Shown in pieces: positions 61,437 to 64,000 of a DNA stretch of 64,000 nt. Position numbers and translations under genes: made by a program. Origin of the DNA: Ramazzottius varieornatus (taxonomy: Eukaryota > Animalia > Tardigrada). The first letter of the stretch is position 1. Each line of letters opens with the position of its first letter. Below the pieces are notes generated by a model. It was not told the DNA's origin and ran no database searches. It saw nothing but the letters and a program-made list of their open reading frames with translations. The stretch covers positions 1,694,730 through 1,758,729 of the forward strand of contig BDGG01000007.1 in assembly GCA_001949185.1 (NCBI GenBank), written 5' to 3'.

Positions 61437-63369
61437 TTCCGGTCACTTTCTTTGGGCGTATAACAAGAGGGAGTGCTCTCTGCGGGGAAAATGCCAAGGA
61501 TGATGGAGAATGGCACTGTTGTTGCTGCGTGTAAATCTGAAGGAGGATAATACCAAGAGAGCAAAGTGCAAAATAAGAAAGGAGAGGGATGGTGAAGTCC
61601 GTCAGCCACAAATGGAGCTTGATTGTCGATGTCGAAAGCTGCCGTCAATGGTCTGTACGACGACGTTTGCTACGACGCTACGCTCAGCGTAAAGATCAAA
61701 ATGTCAAGTGATGATTCGGGAGATAGAGAGAGAGAGACTGCGACTACTACTGTCTGGCTGCCGGCCAACGCGCGATTCTTCTTCAAGACGCTACCATTAG
61801 ACTTTGCTTGCAATGAGTGAGAATGAGACAGAGTGAAGAGCAGTTTGCAAAAGTACACGGATTATATATCGGGCGAATAATAATCAGGACCGGACTGCGC
61901 CAGCTCCGTCACATGTGAAACGCCCAAGACCGCCTCCCTTGACGTACACAGCAGTCAAGTGCCTGCCTGCATTGCCTTCGGTATACCATCTACACTCGCT
62001 AGACTTGCCATACTCATAAAAGCATAAAGCATCTTTCCTTCATACATTCTTCTCGTACTACGTGGCGGAAGCCCATTACAACTCGAGACGCTACGTAGGC
62101 AAGGCAAGTCAGCCTGCAGACAAACACATGGCCAAAATACGCTTGCACACGGAAAAGCGCGCAGCAGCCCTACAACTCCGGAAGGAAGACCTGCACCTTG
62201 CTTACCCCCCGTTTTGCTTTTCTAGCAGCGTAAACCATGGTTTATGAGGGTGCTTTTTCCATTTGGCCAACTCGTCTAGCGCAGAAAAATACCGAATAAT
62301 ATTCTGTAAAGTGAAAAATGAGACAGTTTCTTACAGTTTCAGGAAAAGCTCTGTGTAGTCCTCTAACTTGTACTTGGCCTCAGAAGGTCCCAGCAATGAT
62401 GCGGAAAACCCTTGTGATGTAAGGGACCACTAGCCTGGGTTCAAATGAGGCAAAATGACACTTTAACCTCACTGTGCGCAGACTTTGTGTAAACATTGAC
62501 TAAGGCATGTTGTCTGGTCTTCCATTGCTCGGAAAAAGGGGCTGGTAGCTCTCAGAACCACCCCTTGTCTCGGCACTCCAACTGAAAGTGCATGACTCAA
62601 GCCGTACTAGACTTAAAGACAGACTATACATACACTACGGGGAAAGCGCTGGTAAGCCTCATAGGCAGCGGTTGGTAGGACCCTACCTCACCGCACCTAT
62701 ACCAGTCTTGTCTCAAAGCTTTCTACATACCAGGAAGACTCAACACTTGACTTCACGTTTCAAGCGGTGTCAGTCAACTATTCGTGGAACGGGGCACAGT
62801 TCAGCGGACACCGGCGGAAAAACGGGTATGACAGAAATGGTGGGGCTGTTATCGACGCTGAGCACGTCTAGAGATGGTTGTGCCGTGGCGATGGGGTGAA
62901 ATGGTGTCTGGGTCAGTTTCGCGCCGCGGCCAGACTACACAGCCATCATTCCCACATTACCAGCGTCTTCACACGATGCTTCCTGGGAAATGCACCCGGG
63001 CAGTTGCGCACTGGGTTGAGCTACCAGCCGCTGTCGCGCTTCTAAAGATAGACTACTCTGGTCCCTGACTCCCAAAATAGCCTTCGCTGAACCGGCCTCA
63101 GATATCGTTGAACCAATTGAATAATTATATCGAACGCTGTAGAAAAATACAGTTGTCAAACTATTCCGCATCGTCTACATAAGAATTTGCGAACTTATAA
63201 ATACCAATACAAAATACTTCAAAATAGAATTTCCCTCAAACAACAATGAAATATTCTGCTCTGATATTTTTCATGGATTTCTCGGAAAAGAAATATAAAA
63301 TAATATCTTGAATCTAGATGGTTTCTTGAGGTAAAACTGAGGGCAAAATATGGTACTTTACAGTCATTC

Positions 63370-63930
63370 TTACACGGTATTTCCGGTCGTCAGATGAATC
63401 CAGTTGAGGTAGCTGGAGACCTTCGTATAGATGGCCGGTTTCTTGGCGAATCCGCACCTGCCAAACGAAGCACCCGTCAAGATTGGCGTTAGGAAGCAGA
63501 AAAGGTTTACTTACCCTTGGTCCCATCCGAAACTGACGAGACCTTGCAGCGACCAGTGGTCTTCCTTCTCGTCGTAGCAAACCAGAGGTCCTCCGCTGTC
63601 TCCCTTAAAAGCAGACACAGCTTCTTTTCGGCGCTAGGCAGTTTTCACTTCTCTGTCACTTTGTTTTCTCTTTACTTAATCTGGACTTCCACCTAGTTTC
63701 CTCTTTATTTTGACACGAGGGTTGTGCTTTTGCAGTCAAAGCTAGGGATATGCGCTCGCTCACCTTGCAGGCATCGACATGGCCGTCGGGGTAACCGGCG
63801 CAGATATTGCTATCCTTGACGCTGGGACCCCAGTAGCTTCGATCGCGACAGACGAAGCGCGAGAGGACCACCACACGACCTTGACGGAGAACACTGCTGA
63901 ACGGCGCATTGCCCGCACCGATCATACCTA
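63370..63930 (-). CDS. Trypsin-like (S1A) serine protease, 3' exons; 5' part outside window
   Basis: NICAGYPDGHVDACK|GDSGGPLVC..WSLQGLVSFGWDQG|CGFAKKPAIYTKVSSYLNWI. Asp189-equivalent present. Stop TAA at 63370-63372. Confidence 0.88.
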
Positions 63931-64000
63931 AGAGAAGAAATGCCCGATCAATGGTTATCCTCGTTTTCCGGGCTATTGTTGGGACTTTGTATTTCATACC

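Noticed and set aside
61342-61611. 89-aa minus-strand ORF as follistatin exon 1
   Set aside because: It starts at a non-ATG codon and is in the wrong phase. The signal-peptide frame starting at ATG 61436 splices correctly.
63370-63460. Ala instead of Gly at the trypsin 226-equivalent position (KPAIY)
   Set aside because: A common variant among invertebrate S1 proteases, and the gene is incomplete in this window.

Overview
Gene-dense eukaryotic (invertebrate metazoan) genomic DNA, roughly half G+C by eye, with mostly short (50-120 nt) GT-AG introns, so the six-frame ORFs are exon fragments that I joined by hand. The compact introns plus a group 3 LEA gene fit a desiccation-tolerant micro-animal such as a tardigrade (inference only). 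About 18 protein-coding genes can be supported, in order: 3' end of Sos (RasGEF), a cathepsin D-like aspartic protease, RCC1, ANKFN1/wide-awake, an orphan secreted low-complexity protein, SLC44/CTL choline-transporter-like paralog 1, a GPI-anchored Ly6/uPAR protein, an atypical aminergic-type GPCR, ANKRD29, a DFG-less pseudokinase, a group 3 LEA, a ~544-aa protein ending in a divergent profilin-like domain, a BTB-BACK protein, SLC44/CTL paralog 2, a secreted Gly-rich protein, KIF26/vab-8 kinesin (8.5-kb first intron), follistatin, and the 3' end of a trypsin-like protease. Non-coding structure includes a hAT-type MITE with an 8-bp TSD, two further inverted-repeat elements, an exact 72-bp tandem duplication over the pseudokinase start codon, and a small family of intronic palindromes with a near-fixed spacer. 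The most interesting candidates are the profilin-like fusion protein, the Ly6 protein with a 57-aa RGD/KKR loop, the motif-degenerate GPCR, the pseudokinase, the LEA and the orphan secreted disordered protein. No rRNA, tRNA or CRISPR array was recognised. All family calls come from motif recognition, not database searches.
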